64,000 bases of DNA from the NCBI GenBank assembly GCA_040222015.1, contig JAVJWO010000069.1:64001-128000 (forward strand), written 5' to 3'. A model generated the notes under the pieces. The model was given only the letters and a program-made list of their open reading frames with translations. It searched no databases and had not been told where the DNA came from. Shown here piece after piece: positions 61,140 through 64,000 of this stretch; the first letter of the stretch is position 1, and every line of letters starts with the position of its first letter. This DNA comes from Coleofasciculus chthonoplastes F2-STO-03 (GTDB lineage Bacteria; Cyanobacteriota; Cyanobacteriia; Cyanobacteriales; Coleofasciculaceae). Position numbers and translations under genes: made by a program.

Positions 61140-61227
61140 CTTGGATTGTCACCGATAACGGAACAACAAAACCCGCCCTCCCCACCAATAACGGAACAAC
61201 AAAACCTGTCCTTATAACTATTCAGCT

Positions 61228-61824
61228 ATGCCCTATAGTGAATTTACTACTATTAGTAAAGTCAAAGAAGCGTTTAATTTAACCACAGCCGAAGGGATTC
61301 ACTTTTTACCAGATATTGAACCCATTCAACCGTCCCCAACCCTGACATCCTTTTTAGAAGAAAGTTTACCCTTAGCGGCATCGGCTAGTGAAAAAGCGCG
61401 TTCGGAAGGCATTATTTACCCAGTTTTGCTGGAAGTTCGGCGCATCCTGCAACGGCGGGTCAGCTTATTTTCCGGGGAGGATTTCACCGTTGATGAATCA
61501 CTTGGACTCAATGGACGGTGTGATTTTCTCTTGAGTCGTTCCGAGGAACTTCTAGAAATTGAAGCACCAGTCTTGATTATTATCGAGGCAAAAAAAGCAG
61601 ATTTGAGAACAGGATTTGGGCAATGTATTGCTGAAATGGTGGCAGCACAGCGATTTAATCAGGCAAAACAAACACCTATTTCCACGATTTATGGGGCAGT
61701 TAGTAGTGGCACTCAATGGCGATTCCTTAAGCTAGAAGAACAAACCGTAACCATTGATTTGATTGATTATCCTCTGCCACCTGTGGAGCCAATTTTAGGG
61801 TTTTTGGTGTGGATGATGCAGTAA
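61228..61824 (+). CDS. PD-(D/E)XK-like hypothetical protein, paralog of 17639-18247
   Basis: SEKARSE, GRCDFL, IEAKK, GQCIAEM. Confidence 0.8.
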   Translation: MPYSEFTTISKVKEAFNLTTAEGIHFLPDIEPIQPSPTLTSFLEESLPLAASASEKARSEGIIYPVLLEVRRILQRRVSLFSGEDFTVDESLGLNGRCDFLLSRSEELLEIEAPVLIIIEAKKADLRTGFGQCIAEMVAAQRFNQAKQTPISTIYGAVSSGTQWRFLKLEEQTVTIDLIDYPLPPVEPILGFLVWMMQ

Positions 61825-61946
61825 GCTGGGGGAGTTCAGTTATTGGTGAGGTAGGGCGGGTTTTGTTGTTCAGTTATTAATGACAAGCAAGTTTAGTGTC
61901 TAAACCCGCCCCTACATAAGACATAATACGATATCCACCGTTAACA

Positions 61947-62945
61947 TTAATTGCCCCCGTTTAAAAATGCTTGATAATCGCCTCCCAACGCTTCGACAAT
62001 AGTACGGGTATTAGTAATCAGCATTTTCACATAAGTATCCGCTTCAGTTCCAGGTGCGCCTAGGGAATCGGAATAGAGTTCGGATGGGGCTAATTTAACC
62101 CCCGCTTCTTCCGCAACCGTTTCAATTAAAGCGGGGTTAATTGTGGTTTCGGCAAAAATAGCGGGAACTCCGGCTTCTTCCACGGCATCGGATAGGGTTT
62201 TCACAGTTTGGGCGCTGGGTTGTTCTTCGGTGCTAATTCCTATCAGCGTGCCAATCACTTCTAATCCATAAGCTTGAGCATAATATTGAAAGGCGTCATG
62301 GGTGGTGACAAGTTTACGCTGATTCTCAGGGATGGTTTGAATTTGCTGGGTAATCCAGGTATCAACTTTTTCTAATTCAGCCGTGAGTTGGGCGGCGTTG
62401 GCGGTAAATTCGTCTTCGTCTTCCGGTGACAGTTCAATTAAGCGATCGCGTATGGCATTGACCATTTTAATCCCACGCTCTGCATCTCCCCAAACATGAG
62501 GATCAGGTTCCGTTTCTCCCTGATATTCAAAGTCTAAGGGGGTGACAACTTCGCCAACGGCAAAGGTTTTGGCTTTTATCCCGGCTGATTGCATGAGTTT
62601 AATCAGTGCGGGTTCTAAGTTATACCCGTTGTAGAGAATCAAATCGGCTTGTTCTAAGGCAATGGTATCGGCGGGTACGGGTTCGTAAACGTGCGGATCA
62701 GCACCAGGTTCCAGGATTCCGGTTAATTCGATCTCATCTCCCCCAACTTGTTCTGTCCAGTCGGCAATAATGGTATTTGTAGCCACAACGTTAGGTTTGT
62801 CCTCTGCATCGGTTCCTGAGAGATTCGGATTAGTCGCCTCGCAGCCACTCAGCCAAAGTCCCAGCATCACCCCAGCCAGAATCTTCCATCGGGAAATTTT
62901 CGAGAAATTAATTCTACCCTGCGACTGAGTTATTCCGGTCATCAA
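61947..62945 (-). CDS. mntC: Mn/Zn ABC transporter substrate-binding lipoprotein (MntC-like)
   Basis: LSGC lipobox; DPHVYE, DPHVW, THDAF and YSDSL motifs. Confidence 0.85.
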   Translation of the reverse strand: MMTGITQSQGRINFSKISRWKILAGVMLGLWLSGCEATNPNLSGTDAEDKPNVVATNTIIADWTEQVGGDEIELTGILEPGADPHVYEPVPADTIALEQADLILYNGYNLEPALIKLMQSAGIKAKTFAVGEVVTPLDFEYQGETEPDPHVWGDAERGIKMVNAIRDRLIELSPEDEDEFTANAAQLTAELEKVDTWITQQIQTIPENQRKLVTTHDAFQYYAQAYGLEVIGTLIGISTEEQPSAQTVKTLSDAVEEAGVPAIFAETTINPALIETVAEEAGVKLAPSELYSDSLGAPGTEADTYVKMLITNTRTIVEALGGDYQAFLNGGN

Positions 62946-62958
62946 GTTTATATAGTTG

Positions 62959-63011
62959 TTTTCATATTGTTTTCATTTTTGAGGATACAATATTTTCATA
63001 CTTGTTTCATT
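62959..63011 (-). promoter_or_regulatory. Two ManR-type direct-repeat boxes between divergent mntC and mntA
   Basis: Minus strand AATGAAAA-CAA-TATGAAAA (62959-62977) and AATGAAAC-AAG-TATGAAAA (62993-63011) fit the cyanobacterial ManR repeat with a 3-bp spacer. Confidence 0.75.
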
Positions 63012-63035
63012 TTCTGGAGTCTCCCCGGTTTAATC

Positions 63036-63827
63036 ATGTCAACAGTTATCTTTACGCGAAACGATCGCACTCCCCAAAACCCCACCATTACCCACCAGGA
63101 ACCCATACGGATTGGACATCTCAGCGTGCAGTATCGCTTTGTGGAGGCGCTAAAGGATATCACCTGTCAGATTCAACCGGGGCGACTGACGGGAATTATT
63201 GGTCCCAATGGCGCGGGAAAAAGTACGCTGATGAAAGCGATGCTAGGGTTAGTGCAGACAAGCTGTGGTACGGCGATGTATCAGGGGAAACCGTTGATGG
63301 ATCAGTTAAAAAGGATAGCTTATGTACCTCAGCGATCGCAGATTGATTGGACATACCCAGCAACCGTATGGGATGTGGTATTAATGGGGCGGATACGCAA
63401 GACAGGATGGTTTCGGCGTTTCTCCACCGTATCCCGACGCATCGCCGCCCAATCGTTAGCACGGGTGGGGATGAGTGATTTTCGCGATCGCCCCATCGGG
63501 CAATTATCCGGGGGACAACAGCAGCGTGTTTTTCTCGCCAAAGCATTAGCCGAAGAAGCGGATATTTTCTGTTTTGATGAACCCATGGCGGGAATTGACA
63601 AAAAAACCGAAGCCATTATTTTTGAGATTCTCCACGAATTAGCCGATTCTGGGAAAACCGTGTTAGTGGTTCACCATGATTTAGGGGAAGCTATTACCAA
63701 TTTTGATGATTTAATTTTATTGAATCGGGAATTAATCGCCTCAGGTTCCCGCCCACAAGTCATGCAGGCAAATAACATACAACGGGCGTATGGAGGTCAA
63801 GTCGTCTTTTTCTCAGACGCCGCTTAA
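63036..63827 (+). CDS. mntA: Mn/Zn ABC transporter ATP-binding protein (MntA-like)
   Basis: GPNGAGKST, AYVPQRS, LSGGQQQR, FDEP, VHHDL; likely ATG at 63036. Confidence 0.85.
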   Translation: MSTVIFTRNDRTPQNPTITHQEPIRIGHLSVQYRFVEALKDITCQIQPGRLTGIIGPNGAGKSTLMKAMLGLVQTSCGTAMYQGKPLMDQLKRIAYVPQRSQIDWTYPATVWDVVLMGRIRKTGWFRRFSTVSRRIAAQSLARVGMSDFRDRPIGQLSGGQQQRVFLAKALAEEADIFCFDEPMAGIDKKTEAIIFEILHELADSGKTVLVVHHDLGEAITNFDDLILLNRELIASGSRPQVMQANNIQRAYGGQVVFFSDAA

Positions 63828-63864
63828 AGTTTTGACCCTTCGCTTCACTCAAATGTCCGAGTTT

Positions 63865-64000
63865 GTAGGGGCGGGTTTAGGGACTAATATTGATTGTTTG
63901 TGTTAACGTTTCTACAAAACCCGCCCTGGCTAACGTTTGAGGTATTTAACAAATGACGAATAACAAATGACAAATGACAAATGACAAATGACAAATGACA
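63865..64000. repeat. GTAG-REP followed by STRR2-like heptamer array
   Basis: GTAGGGGCGGGTTTAG...AAAACCCGCCC, then (ACAAATG)n to the window end. Confidence 0.85.

Overview
A 64-kb chromosomal segment from a filamentous cyanobacterium. It has abundant HIP1 GCGATCGC and STRR-type heptamer arrays, and the repeat repertoire resembles Coleofasciculus/Oscillatoriales (inference). Housekeeping genes include a Gld-like ABC system, malic enzyme, an HtrA protease, argC, a SLC12-like cation-chloride cotransporter, cheB/cheR plus a kinase, cruE/cruH-like carotenoid genes, recR, avtA, aroE and mntC/mntA. Accessory genes between them include an NLR-like STAND-WD40 gene with near-identical, hypervariable repeats, nine PD-(D/E)XK-type nuclease genes (2 Rpn, 4 Uma2, 3 others), an orphan TnpB element, a decaying XRE-ImmA/PIN module and several pseudogenes. 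Intergenic DNA, and some coding DNA, is full of nested small mobile repeats: GTAG-REPs, 21-24 nt SDR-like inserts and TA-duplicating MITEs. The most notable observations are: the diversifying WD40 receptor; an orientation-independent strand-skew domain around 43.7-45.8 kb; a LysA-like enzyme lacking its PLP lysine near a Cys-less AsnB; a membrane-anchored degenerate TOPRIM protein; internal SD+ATG starts in both Rpn genes; a slippery A9 tract in a kinase leader; and a recR with no canonical start codon. I found no rRNA, tRNA, CRISPR array or reverse transcriptase. All calls come from reading the sequence; no database searches were run.
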